Shown: one piece after another, positions 13,447 through 26,755 of the stretch
How the letters are laid out: every line of letters begins with the position of its first letter
Numbering within the stretch: position 1 is the stretch's first letter
Origin: Tubulanus polymorphus
Lineage: Eukaryota; Animalia; Nemertea
Length of the DNA stretch: 64,000 nucleotides
Assembly (NCBI RefSeq): GCF_964204645.1
Contig: NC_134028.1
Span: 17,491,653 to 17,555,652 of the forward strand
Reading direction: 5' to 3'
Program-made: the position numbers and the translations under genes
The notes under the pieces: generated by a model
The model's input: only the letters and a program-made list of their open reading frames with translations
Databases searched by the model: none
What the model was told of the DNA's origin: nothing

Positions 13447-14416
13447 CTGCAAAATAGAATAATTAGGCCTATTTTCTAACAATTGCTAAGCACAGGGAAG
13501 GATAACACCAAATGAAACTCCCCACAATAATATCGAACACCCCAAAATAATATCGAACAGTTGGCCATCTTGATACTGTTCAATTGCATTGACATGTATC
13601 AAATGATAACAAGGCAATTTGATACTAGGTATCTACATCCTCTGTGGTAAAAAGAGAGTGACCCCTGAAGACCTTGATCTTTGTTATCCAAAAATGATGC
13701 AACCAGCAGTAAACTGACTATAGTTAAACGAGTGCATGAAGATTGGGTCAATTGGGAAATGGAATGACAATGCTATGAAGGATGTATAATATAACAAGTA
13801 TAATCAATAACAGCATTCCTTAGAAAATGTGATGGCCGGAGCCGTGCTATTGTTATTTTTGTTGGCGCACCATACTGGTGCACCACCTACAATCTTTTGA
13901 TCTATTTTTCGTTCTTCTTGTAGTGTCCATTGTGGAATAAAGAGGTATTGTTCAATAACTCCTTTCATTTGTGTAGTTATTTTGTGGGTTCACAGGAATC
14001 TTTGGGCCCTCTTTTTGTCCTACCAAACCCCAAACCATTACATTGGTGGCAGCGAACTGGGATTTTTAGCGATTTTGATTGAGTTAGAGCGAGTTGAAGT
14101 GAACCCACCTTTTTTGTAAAGGGTCTGTGCGTCGTACCGTCATTTTTACACATGTTTTAAAAGTATGTCTATAGTGTATTCCACTTAAAGTAGTAAGGAT
14201 CAGTAAGGCACTAATTATACAAAAACAAATACGTGAAATTATGCGAATGAATTTATTTGCAGTTTTGTCCTCAGGCCTATTATTATTATTATTGAATATT
14301 TATTGTGTTGGTATATGACGCACTGCTGCGAATTAACTTTTCTGGTTTTATTACATTTTAAAGAGTCCGTTAATTAACCTGTATCGCTATATTCTACCTG
14401 TAAATTCTATTGTTAA

Positions 14417-15673
14417 CTAGGGGTCCAGGGACATCATGCCAACTTGGAACTAGTTTCAAATGCTCAACAATCTACCAATTTCAATACTCAACGCCTCTAT
14501 CCAATAACCATGAAAAAATACAATGACCTTGAAACTCACCACAATTCTGGAACATGGCAGCAGCTACGATTTTGAAATTGATTGCGCTAACAAAATATGC
14601 CAAGTTACCACTATAATATGGAAATACTAAGTTATTCTACTATGCCACGCCCCCTGGTGACCATTTGCAAATGCAATCAACACAATCGCCGGGTATTTAA
14701 ATGAAACAATACCTATGGCGATATGTGAAATAATTATATTCTCACCAGCAATGAGCATTTAAAATTCGCACATATACAGCACCTAGTCCAATTAAACGTT
14801 CGCCATTAATGGCTTTCCCATAATTATTTTAGTAGTGCCGGAATTCCCCGTATATCCCAAAAACAGCCAATCACATTCGCTCCAAGAGACGACGCCCCCC
14901 CCCCCCAATCGCAGTCATTGCAATTTTATACGCAAGAGCTAAGAATTTTCCCGCCAAAAAAGTTGACCATGTCATCAACGGAGGTTTGTCGTGTCTTCAA
15001 TCGCATTGATTATACGTCGTTTAACCCGAAAACCAATGAAAAAAATGCTCACATAAAAAAACGTACAGCGATTTTACATGAACTGGCTCAATGCCAACCT
15101 CATACTGCTGACAAAGGTAAACCAAAAATGAATGTTATTTCATTCACAAGAGTCCATTTCACATGTAAGATAGAGAGGAGATAAATTAAAATTGCTATAA
15201 AAAATATAACCATAAAACATGGGGTCCCAGGGGAAGTATTTTTTTACTCCTCATGTTTGACTGGTAGCCACATACAAAAACCAATGACCTTGAAACTCAC
15301 CAAAATCATAGAACACATTATGGTCTACAACTTTCCAATTGAATATAGTAACACAATATGATTAGGTATCAATTTTATGTGGAAAAACTTTTTCCCGCCT
15401 ACGAATGAGTACTAAGACACCAAGATGGCCGCCAATTGCGTCAAAATTGGCTGATGAAAAATACCTGTCTCAGGTATAAAACATCCCTTTCCATAGAATA
15501 CCCTTCACAAATTGCAATGAGAAATGGCAAACCAGTAGGAAGCTACAGGACTTAAGAGGAGTTCGGGCCAAAATTGACATTTTTGGGCACTACAAAGGTC
15601 ATCTTGACGGCCATCTTGAGTCCAATCGACCCAATTTTTCTTAAGGTGATGGGCCCTTGGGGGATTCAAATAT
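14417..15673 (-). mobile_element. HINE copy C, truncated and interrupted by repeat X
   Basis: Begins CTAGGGGTCCAGGGAC, breaks at ~14670, resumes at ~15261 and stops at ~15673. Confidence 0.75.
14675..15128. repeat. Interspersed repeat X, uninterrupted copy
   Basis: Contains the empty site AACCAATGAAAAAAATGCTCAC that is filled at 4410/5641. Confidence 0.8.
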
Positions 15674-15811
15674 AACTCAAGATTTAATAAAGCTTTAATT
15701 ATCGACTCTATGCTTAAAAGATTGATTAGCTGCCAAAAATATACATGTTTTACTACTTGTCCCCGAATTCGGCACTCGGTTTCAAAAATATACGGCAACT
15801 AGTACCTAAAT

Positions 15812-18613
15812 TAGGGATTTCAGGTCACTTGATCAAAATGTGTCATAATTAGCATTTTCCACGCTTCAAATTTTCAATCGCTCATAAAAAACGTATTCTA
15901 TATCCGATTAAAGCCAAACTTGCTCAGTATACTCAATTTACTAGTTATCTTTAGTGGTGTAAATTTCATGAGTGTATCTCGCGTAGTTACAGAGAAATAA
16001 ATCGTAGTTCAGCGCGCGTCGGCTCATTTCTAGGAAACAAGATGGCGGTCATGTTTGTTCATGCATTTTTCAAACACGTGAAAAATGCATGCAATTTTTT
16101 AGGTCAAATCCGCGAGCCTGCTGCTGATTGGCTGGATATTTGACCTCAGAATATTTTAAGAACATGTTTCATGTAGAGCATGTCGGTGCGTGCAAGTTTT
16201 GGTAGGCCCTATATCACTCGGAAAAAGTCATAAACATAATTCAAAGTGCTCATACGCTAAAATTAATAATTTTAACAACTTGCACTCTACCACATAATAA
16301 AATAAGATACTTTATATAATGTTTTCAATTATTACTTTTAAGATTGATTTAGTAGTCTTTCGCAGATTTTGATCTAAAGTCGGCGAGGTGCTTGAAATTT
16401 GCTTGTTTACATCCGGGTCACTTCCGGCTCCACACCAGCTGTCATTTTAACCACTCTAAATGTCAATTTAGCAAGTAAAACACCACTTTCACTCAATAAA
16501 TTCATACTTTATTATGAAATCGGCAATATATAAGACGAATAATGGTTAGGCCTACCCAATTTAAAAACTTTGAGTATTTTGCGCAAGAATCCAAGTTTTG
16601 TCTAAATTTTAGCTCATTTTTTTATTTTTCCAATTTGCTTCACCTTTAGGTAATAAAGTAGTCATTTCATATTTTAATATCTCATCTTGAATACTAGGAT
16701 ATCCCTCTGAAAAGCAGTAGTTATTGATTTGTTCATGCTTTTTCAATTCCAGTTGACCGTTTCGCTACTGCCGCTGCTAGGCCTATAATACCCACCAACC
16801 AATGGTTAATCAAATAGATTATAGAGGATTATATTATCAATTTTCTTTTTCATTCGAATGACTTGCCTAGAAGGAGACCTTTAATTAGATACCAAACATG
16901 ACATACTTTGTTAAAATTGACTTTCCGATGAAATATCGACACAAAACAAGATGGCCGCCATTCCACGAGCCTCAATTTGAGATATCATGACAAAGGCTTT
17001 TCCATTCATTTCAATTTGATTTCGAAAAACTATGTAGTAGATCTCTTCAACGCTTTATCCTATTCTTCCGCGGCAAGTGAGTATCTGAATAATAATGATA
17101 TATTTATTAGTATCTTTTATTTCAGAAGGCTTTAAAACATTGAACTTATCCAGTAAGATTAGTTATTTCAAATAATAAAGGTCTATAAGGCCATATCGAA
17201 TCAACTAAATACATTAAAGATGTAGTAAATTATATTCAAGATGGCCGCCTTGATACTTACCTCATGGTTTGCGTGTTAATCGGTATTCATCTGATCAGAG
17301 ATGCTAGGGCCAAAGTACCAAAATTCCGGAATTTAGAAAGGGGGATCTGGGGGCCCTCCCCCAGAAAAAATTTTGCGTTTTTGCATCGCCGGATATGCTT
17401 TCTAGAGCGATCTAAAAATACGATGGCAGCCATTCGTTGTGCTTCACATCCCTCGCTGCCGAGCGCTATCCGGGTGACGAAGAATATCTTTTTTCCTGCC
17501 ACTACCGTATTTGACCTGGTCTTTACAAACGACGCAGTACGCCACGCCAGCTAAGTCTAACTTACGAATGTAGTTCGATAAGTAGTACCCGTTACTGTCC
17601 TTACACTCAGCCAGTGCCAGTTAAATTTATCTTTTATATTGCCTTTATATCGGCCGACTCCTAACTGACAATCTTTCCGTGCGTGCTCATTTTGCAGACC
17701 GTCCCGCTTGACAGCTGCAGGCAAAAAGAAAGTTACAAAGCTGCGTGCCTCAGGACATAGCACGCACGTGGTAATAATTAAGATATTTATTAAATATCAT
17801 CTTAATTATTACCACGTGCATCTTCACATTGTTGGCCGTCAGCGGGACGATGTACAACAGCGCGTTAAGATAATTGACTTTTAATTGGAAATGGCGTCAC
17901 AACAGTGGCGCTCCGCCTACGCACCGAAGATACCACAACAAGCACACATATATACATTGTAGCAGAACGTCCTCGAAAACAGAGACCAAGATAAAATAAC
18001 ACAGAAGCGATGACGAGTACAAGCAAACCAACGCTTTTACGGTCCGTGCCATTACTGGTCGCCGCGAGGAATTCTCACCCAATTTCCGGAATTGACATCG
18101 GCGATCCTAAATTTCCGGAATTCCGGATATTTCCGGAAAACTAGCATCTCTGTCTGATGCACGATATCTTGGGTATATTATCTCAAAATTGATATTCCAT
18201 GTCTTAAGTATCATTTATCTTGAGAAATAAACTATAGTATTGCGTGTTAATGGTTATTGTAGTGGGTATTGATTAGATAATTAGTATGCAAATTAGCCTA
18301 ATTTACATATTTGTGCAATTACTTACATGAATCTAAACCAACTTTGTATAGACAACATACTGACCAAGTTTGGTTTTAAACGGATACAAATTCTGGGAGT
18401 TATATTGGTTTTAATGTTGAATTTAATTCCTTAATCTGGCTAAAAAGCAGCAAAACGTAGACACTTCCTGTCAGATACTTTGCTTATAACTTTTGAACCG
18501 CTTGACCAATTTTGAATCTGTAAAGTGCTGTATGCTTATACTATCCCCTTCTTCATTTTAAGCTATTAGAACGACACATAGGACACATAGAAATTTTCAA
18601 CCTGAAATCCCTA
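15812..18613. mobile_element. Non-autonomous DNA transposon, family unclear
   Basis: Inverted 14-mers TAGGGATTTCAGGT / ACCTGAAATCCCTA; non-coding interior. No TSD was resolved. Confidence 0.4.
17296..18152. mobile_element. hAT-like MITE
   Basis: 12-bp TIR CAGAGATGCTAG / CTAGCATCTCTG, TTCCGGAA subterminal repeats, TCTGAT on both flanks, internal 56-bp palindrome at 17764-17819. Confidence 0.7.
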
Positions 18614-18689
18614 CCTGAATTACCCTACCATCGCGTGGATTATACAAATAAATGAGATTAGCGTACTGGTATGACCGCGTAGTTTTAAA

Positions 18690-19908
18690 CTAGGGGTCCA
18701 GGGACACCATGCCCACTTGGGAAGTGGTTTCAAATGCAATTTCAATATTCAACGCCCCCTGGTGACCATTTACAAAAACCAACGACCTTGAAACTCACCA
18801 CAATCATAGAACATGTCAGCAGCTACGATTTTGTAATTGATTGTGATAACGAAATATGCCTCGTTACCAATTTAATATGGAAATACTAAGTCATTCTACT
18901 ATTCAACGCCCCCTGGTGACCATATTCAAAACCCAATGACCTCGAAACTCACCACAATCATAGAACATGACATGAACTACAACTTTGCAATTGATCATGG
19001 TAACAAAATATGCCTAGGTACCAATATAATAAGGAAATACTAAGTTATTCTACTATTCAACGCCCCCTGGTGACCATATAGAAAAACTAATGTCCTTAAA
19101 ACTATCATAGATGATGTCATGAGCTACAACTTTTAATTGATTGTGGTTAGAAAATATGCATAGGTACGAATATAATAAAGAAATGCTAAGATATTGTATT
19201 ATGCAACGCCCCCTGGTGGCCATATACGAAATCCAATTACCTTGAAACTCACCACAATCATAGAACACGTTATGTGCTACAACTTTCTAATTGATTGTGG
19301 CAGCAAAATACGCTTAGGTATCAATATAATGTGGAAAAACTTTTTCCCACTTACGAATGAGTACTGGTGACACAAAGATGGCCGCCAATTGCGTCATAAT
19401 TGGCTGATGAAAAATACCTGTCTCAGGTATAAAACATCCCTTTCCATAGAATACCCTTCACAAATTGCAATGAGAAATGGCAAACCAGTAGGAAGCTACA
19501 GGACTCAGAATTCGGGCCAAAATTAACATTTTTGGGCACTAAAAAGGTCATAGGACGGCCATCTGAGTCCGACCGACCCAATTTTTATTATGTTGATGGG
19601 CCCTGGGGGATTCACATATACCCGAAAGACCAAGGTAATTGATCAAAGCGTCTTCAAAATTTCCCCCAAAAAGTTCAAAAATGTGTAAAAAGTGCTGATT
19701 TTGGCGAACAACAATGGCTGCTAGTCGGCCATCTTGATTCTGACAGGGCCAGTTTTTGGGCTGAAGATGTGTCTAGGGTAGATACATGTGCAACCCAAAT
19801 ATCAAGACATTACCTTGAAGCGTCTTCAAAACTTCCCAAAATAACTGGATTCCGTCTACGGACGGACGGATGAAAAGTGAACGCAATAGCCCGCAAGTGG
19901 GCTAAAAA
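18690..19908 (-). mobile_element. HINE copy D (near full length)
   Basis: Colinear with copies A and B2 end to end. Confidence 0.8.
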
Positions 19909-20669
19909 TGTATGGTTTGTTGGGATTGTTTCTAAGATTTCACATAGAAATCATCGTTTGAAGTGAAAAAAACGACCATTTTGCTGTCCACCATAGAATC
20001 GGTACACCACCAATTTGAGCTATCTCTCGTCAAAAAACGATGATTTCGTTGTGAGATAATTGTCGTAGAGTGGTGGTTAAAGGCTCGTTGGAAGCAGAAA
20101 GTCTTCTAGGTTGTATTAAAGCTTATTTCATGTGAATCGGTTGAGAATTTTTGGAATCACAGTCGATTGAAGTGGAGTAGTCATTGTCAGATTGACAATT
20201 TGTTGCCACCCTTGTTATTTTATTATACAGATGCAGGTATACTGGTACCCCCATCATTGGTCTCATCCATTATCAATCGTGACAAGTCCCTGTGGACAGC
20301 ATAAACTAACGATATACAACTTAAGACATACAACATCAAAGTTGAAAACTTAATGAAACGATAAATTCAATTCGTACTTAATTGATCGAATTATGAGAAA
20401 ATATTTTTTTTAAATGTTTAAAAATTCGTTAATCATCAATATAATTCTATTTATTGAAATGTGCATTTTGATTTCAAAGGCCTCCATCAATATTATTTGA
20501 AGCTATATAAAGTGACAATTTTTGCAAGGAATGGAAGTAGTTATCTATTGAGATCAAACTTTATTTTTCTAATGGAATATTTATTGCAACTAAAATGACA
20601 TGACAATCATAAATGACAAAAGTTTTGAATAAATTTTCATTTCATCTAATTAAATGAAACAAATTTCAG

Positions 20670-23600
20670 ATGAATCGGTATCTTCAGTATTCTGTCGATC
20701 AGAAAGCAAATGCTATCGATGCTATAAATGGTGGTATGCCTATCAAGACAGCTGCCAAACAATTCGGTGTACCTCGGTCTACACTGCAAGATATAATCAA
20801 AGGAAGAATCGAAATGGGGGCAAAAACAGGACAAACGACACTCAATCATGAAGAGGAGAGGGAGCTAGTGGACTTACCCTGCAATAGGTCACAGATGGGA
20901 ATGGGGTTCAATAAACAAACATTGTTAAGGTACGCTGGAAAAATTGCAGGTAAAAAAGGAAAGCCATTTTGGTGGTAATCCTTCGGAGAAATGGTGGAGA
21001 GGTTTCAAGAAACGCCACCCAGACTTAACTTTGAGGACTCCGGAGTCAACTGCTAGTGTAAGAATGGCAGGCATGCAGCCTGTTCGAGTTATGAAGTTTT
21101 TTCATTCATATCGCGGTGTCATCGACGGATATGATTTTCAGCCGCGCCATATTTGGTATATGGATGAGTCCGGGTTCCAAATGGATTTTTCTCCACCGCA
21201 AGTTGTTGCAAGGTAATAATATTAATTAAGTCATTGAGTAAAAAATCAGCATGATATCAAATGAAATGAAGGTTAAGGCCATTCAGTTTTGATATATTTC
21301 ATGCAAATTGAAGATAATTAATTTCAGGCGTGGAGTAAAGACAGTACCTGCTAAATCGAGCGGAAATAAGGAGCTTGTTACAGTGATTGGCTGCGCGTCA
21401 GCAGTCGGGCAAATCCTGAACCCACATTTTGTGGTGAAAGGAAAAACCCGGCTGGCTGTCACTGGATTTGATGTTGAGAGGGCGCCGAAGAATTGGAACA
21501 TCAGTGCAAGTGACAGTGGTTGAACGAAACAAGTAGGTGTATATTTTCATGTACCGGTATACCCCTGAAAAGAGAAATGTCGAGATCATGATCGATGCCA
21601 AGAATAGGTAATTACTGCACAAAAACTTCAATCAATATACCCGGTAACTTTTTCTTACAGGGTATTGGTCTACTTTGGTTTGAGGAAACATTCCTTAAAG
21701 CTATTGGGAGTGAACGGCCACAACTTCTTATCGTTGATGGTCACAATAGCCACAATTTTGTTGAGCTAATAGAGAAAGCCAGAGAAAATAGAATGGTGAT
21801 CGTTGAACTTCCGTCGCACACAAGCAATTGGCTCCAGCCTTTAGATAGTTGACAAACCATTTGTTATGAATTATCCGTATAATCATTGTCTTTGTTTTAT
21901 TATTATGGCATATAATTCTATCCATTAAAATATTTGCAGAACTGTTTTTGGGCCACTAAAAAAGGCCTGGAACTCCACTTGCTCAACACTCATGGCAGAT
22001 AATCCTGGATAAAATATTTTCATTTTAGAGATGAATTCATGCAACGGTATAGTGGGAGAAACTGAAATTAACCAGATAGTAGGACAAATTAACGATAACC
22101 ATACTGATATGACTGATGTAAGACTGAGATGAGAAATAATATCATATCAAAAGATTAAGATATTTCATAGGCCTTGAATATATTCAAAATCGTTTTACGG
22201 GATCTTGCAACTGGAGTGAGTATCACTAAAGCCTGTCCAGCTGGTAAAGCACTTTCTGTGATTGAGAGCACTCTCACAAAACAACAACTGGCCAAGTATG
22301 ACAAAAGATATCAAGAGGGGTTCGATTTAAAAAGTGATGCGTTATATATGACATGGAAGCGGTTAAAAGAAAAATCATTGGTGAGTGACAAGTGAATAGA
22401 TTTAATAAAATAAATCCATCCGTCCTGACCTTGAAATCTTTATTTTGTAGCAAAGTGACTACTTTCCATTTGATAACACCTCTTCGAGATCAAGTAAACT
22501 AAGCGATATTCTAAAATACCCTCAAGCTGAAGCACGTGAACCCTGTCAACCCAAACCCTGTAGGCCGACTGCAAATTATTTCGTTATAACATCGGATGAA
22601 GCATACATTGAAAAGTGTTTACCAGAAGAGAAGAAGTCACAAGAACCTCGAAATAAGAAATTAAAAACTATCACCAAGGTAAGTTAAATTGCTATGATGT
22701 ATCCTAATGATTGTTACCCAGCACTTACCATGCATATTTCTTCCATCATTACAGAAAACTTTACCTGCAAAAAAACAAAAGACATGCCCAGCAATCGAAG
22801 TAGGCCTAATGGAGAGTAGACTTGATGTACGTGCAACTTCTTTATTTCTAAAGATTTTTTGTATTTTTTCTCATGTTTAATTAAGTGTTCTTACTTCCCC
22901 ACCAGCACAACAAGGCAGCTACATCGACGGATGTCCCAGCTGAAAAAAGCAGCCCTATACCATCGTTAGAGGACACACACCAGGAACTAAGGTAACCTTT
23001 GCGAACTAGGTACTCTGTAAATAAACGATCAAAACAGATGATTAGTTAATGAAATCCAAATAACATTCTATGGTTCTGAAGCCCCGATCGAGTAGACGGT
23101 GATTGTGATTCAACGGCACCGGGTTATTGTTCTTGGAAGGATTTAAGTGAAGTCCCAAAATAATTCTTATTATTGAATTTACATCTTCAGAGCTGATTGC
23201 TCAAAAGGGTGAACGAGGAAAAAATCACCTCTATTTTGGAATAGTAAGTACAAGAATGGATGGGCCTTGACAGAGGATTTGCTGATCCTGTAACACTAGA
23301 CTGCAATGTTCATTTCGGGTCGAAAAAATGTTGCCGGAGAGCTCTTCGCTGCAGATCAAGTTTTTGGAACAGCTCCAGCGAAGAAATTTATTTGTATGGA
23401 CCGAAGACGTCGAAGATCACCCGGTATCAGGGGTCATTATGGTGCTGTGTCCGCCCCGCGTTATCAATCAACGATGCCAGCTTTCATTTGAATGTAGAGA
23501 GTACGAAAACACCAATGACATTTTCTGTGCAATGACCTGATATGATTTAGGCCTAGTAGGCCTATAGTAATATTGGTTTTAATATGATTTGTTATTTTTT

Positions 23601-24496
23601 TCTGTTATTGAATAAAAATTTGAATTTACATTTCTATGAATGAAATAGGCCTATTGCCTGCTGAGAAAATTTATTTGAAAAATTGTTATCAAATATATTT
23701 TTGTTACAACAAATAAAATTTGTTCACTTTTAGCAAATTTCAATGATGCAATAGACATGATAGGATGGAAACTCTCTGATTTTGTTGTACAAGTGTCGAT
23801 GAAAAGCATCTACTACTTACCATGAATTAACAGGCTGTACAATACAAGCTTAAGTTTCATTTCTCTTGCCGCGTTGTCTTTGTTCCAGAAGACCATTCCT
23901 CCCCTAAGAAACTTCGCCTTACAGGCCCACATTTCTTTCAAAATGCTGAACATTACCAATTTAACACTGTGATGAGGCTTTCAAAGTACGAATTTTAACA
24001 CAGCGAAAACCAGTATGGAACAGCTGATTGGCTGGCTAAGTACCAATTTACATTGAAAATTATACGCTGAAACATCACCGTTTCATCAGATTATGTATAA
24101 GTTTTCAATTTCATGCACCTCATTAATATGCACATTAACATAATACATATTACGGAGCCTTACTTTTTCCAAGAAAAGCCGATACAGGCCCTGTAATCTG
24201 TATAAAAATCAATTTTAAACACACTGCCGAAGTCAGGTACGCGGTGCCAAATTAAGGGAATACAGTGCCGAATTCAGGTCAAAATTTTAAAAAATCGCCC
24301 GATTTTGTTGAATCCTCATAACTTTTTAAAAGCTTGACCCGGAGTAACAATATTTAGACATTAAACTCATGTTACGGTCTCTAATTGATATAGTCATCCA
24401 GTAAGTGATTATTTACCATGAATTGCATATAGGCCTAATTCAGATAGAAAATTGCCGTAAAAATTTACTGTGCCGAAATCAGGTCACCCTCCCCTA
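20670..24496 (+). mobile_element. pogo/Tigger-like DNA transposon with an intron-containing, disabled transposase
   Basis: HTH-psq (AAKQFGVPRSTLQD), CENP-B-type HTH (PSEKWWRGFKKRHP), DDE_1 motifs [16 protein letters not shown] and [17 protein letters not shown] introns near 21213-21328 and 21533-21660. Right end has GTGCCGAA.TCAGG repeats and ends CCCTCCCCTA. Frameshift and stops present. Confidence 0.85.
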
Positions 24497-24601
24497 TATG
24501 TGCACTTTGGCCCTAGACGTTATTTGAGAAACAACGGCTAGATACTCGACTCACCTCGGGTAGGCCTATGATATGAATGCATTTCAACCACAGGGGCTTG
24601 T

Positions 24602-24924
24602 TAACTGGTTTGGATTTTATTTCCGGGTTGTTGATAATCTCGCGAGAATGACGCTATAGGCCTATTTGAAATGCGATTAAATTCAAAATATGACGGAAAT
24701 ACGCCTAGGCCTACCTCGTGTTGCTATTGCTTATTTATCGGTATGACTGCAGTGGCTCTAATGGTTATATACCTAACCTTACCATAACACTATTCTTTAA
24801 TAACACTAGCGCCACCCAGTGGATAGGTGACCCGAACTGCAGTTCGACCTTTATTTGCATTTCTAAGTTAGCGCCATTCTCGCGAGATTATCACCAACCC
24901 GGAAATAAAATCCAAGCCAGTTTA
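24602..24924. mobile_element. MITE with ~55-bp TIRs at the start of intron 1
   Basis: CTGGTTTGGATTTTATTTCCGGGTTGTTGATAATCTCGCGAGAATGACGCTA has an inverted match at 24869-24920; flanks are TTAA and TTTA. Confidence 0.7.
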
Positions 24925-24963
24925 CAAACCCCTTTGTTTCAACTGCAACACCATTTCCCTTAC

Positions 24964-25197
24964 CTTATCGGTATCTAAATCAGATTCTTCTTGGCAAAGT
25001 CGATATAAAAACGATTTCGGATCGCGACACAGCGTAGTCCTTGTCGTAGAAAATAAAGTCCCACCGACGTTTAACTTTACCCATTCGTTTCTACGTGAGC
25101 GAATATCTATGTTAGGGTTATGGCAGTTAGTTCGTGCCTCAGAACTACATGAATGATTAGTTCCATCATTGTCGATTTGAGCATCTATCGACTCCAT
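24964..25197 (-). CDS. KCTD5: KCTD5/KCTD2/KCTD17-family (insomniac-like) BTB/POZ protein, coding exon 1
   Basis: 78 codons from ATG, MESIDAQ...[41 protein letters not shown], then a GTAAG donor (phase 0). The sequence is the typical T1-type BTB start of this subfamily. Confidence 0.93.
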
Positions 25198-26060
25198 TTT
25201 TGCAACAAGGCGAAACAGGTTAAACTGCAGCAATGCAGCACGTCTCGTGAGAGGACCTGGGACCCGTGATGGGACATCGATGTCCCGTCACAGGTCCCGA
25301 TAGAAAATGGAAACTTAGCATTTCATAGACGAAATGTCGAAAGAGACAGCTCGATTGATTACTACACATGCAAAATAATGTTAAGAACATGTTAATCTAA
25401 ATTTATTCGTAATTTGATTAGGCCTATTTCAGATCAATGATATCATCAAATTAAGCCTAGATGTAATGAAGGTCGGATTTCAATTGTATAGACTGACTAA
25501 TATCGAAAATAAAATGAAATGCATCTTACAAATTTGGTCATTATGAGTTTTCCGATTTGCTCAGCTACCCGTATTGGCGGGGTAGTCTAGACGTACGGTA
25601 TCGGCCCCACTCCGCGCGGTTGCGCCACCGCGCGGTATTTACGCGAAGCAGCAGAACACAAACATGGCCACTCTCTCAATTTTCAATGATAGAAATCGTA
25701 TGTGCATTTCAATTATTTCGGCTGTTAGGGTTTTAAAGCACAACATAAGTTGATGATGTGATATATGGCGATGTTAATTAATGATAATTCCACAGTGAAG
25801 CTAGTCACGAACGGTGCCGATTGAGTGTACAGCTGCCAAAAACACTGAAATGTGCTTGCGTAACTATTTGCAGTGAATTGCAGACGAAACATGAAGCCTT
25901 AACGGCCGTTTTAAAAAAAAATTTATACCAATCGCAATTGTAAAATTCAAATGAGATAGAACCTAAGTTAAAATTCTGGCCATTTCTAAAATGTTATTAC
26001 TAATTTTTAGTCAGTGCGGAACGTTTAGTTTTTTCAACAATAATTAGGGGTGGTAGGTAT

Positions 26061-26755
26061 AGTCTATCCCAGTAGTTATGACCGCGGTGCATCAAAGAGT
26101 TGTTACACTAACATATCAGGATCCCTGTGGTTTCTATCACTCAGTCTTACGAGTAATTGAGGTCAAGCGACTACTGCATTCAAGAGTGAATAATATACCA
26201 TCAACTGGCCATTCAATAAAGGATATAAAATTCCAATTTTTATAATATTACAAAATCCTTTCTTGAATTTTTTAGTTTCATTTTGGGAATAATCATGTCA
26301 TGTGGCAAATTCAATCTGATTGATTTTGTACATCTATAAACTCTTCAGAGTGTGAGCATATATAATTAATATCTGGAATTATCTCATGAGTCAAGTGCTG
26401 TTGTATTGCTTGAAACACCGTCTAAATATAATCTTTCAACTTGGAAATTGGTTTTGACACTTCATAATGTAAACACTGACTTCAGCATCCAGCGAAAATA
26501 TTCACTCTTGAATGCAACAAGACTTCAAAACTGAATTTTCATTGCTTATTACTTCATTTTCTTGGATTAAGTGTGGAAAAGTTTTGCTCTTTATTCACTC
26601 TTGCCTGTAACCATAGTAACAAGCAGCTGGGGTCCAACGAAGCAGCGATGCTCATGGTGAGTTTGACCACTTAAAGCTGTCAGTATCAATTAAATTGTTG
26701 TTGATACTGGCTCTTTGAGAGTGAAATGCCGCGGTCATAACCACTGGGATAGACT
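26061..26755. mobile_element. MITE with ~27-bp TIRs
   Basis: AGTCTATCCCAGTAGTTATGACCGCGG and CCGCGGTCATAACCACTGGGATAGACT. Confidence 0.7.

Noticed and set aside
15505-15798. VVKHVY peptide resembling the start of KCTD5 exon 4
   Set aside because: It lies in the wrong position (intron 1), the match stops after a few residues, and it sits in repeat sequence.
24922-25233. 103-aa ORF as a complete single-exon gene
   Set aside because: Similarity ends at a GTAAG donor and continues in exon 2; the track's start is upstream of the ATG at 25197.
25564-25592. Helitron-like 3' hairpin followed by CTAG
   Set aside because: It is followed by A rather than T, and no 5' end or second copy was found.
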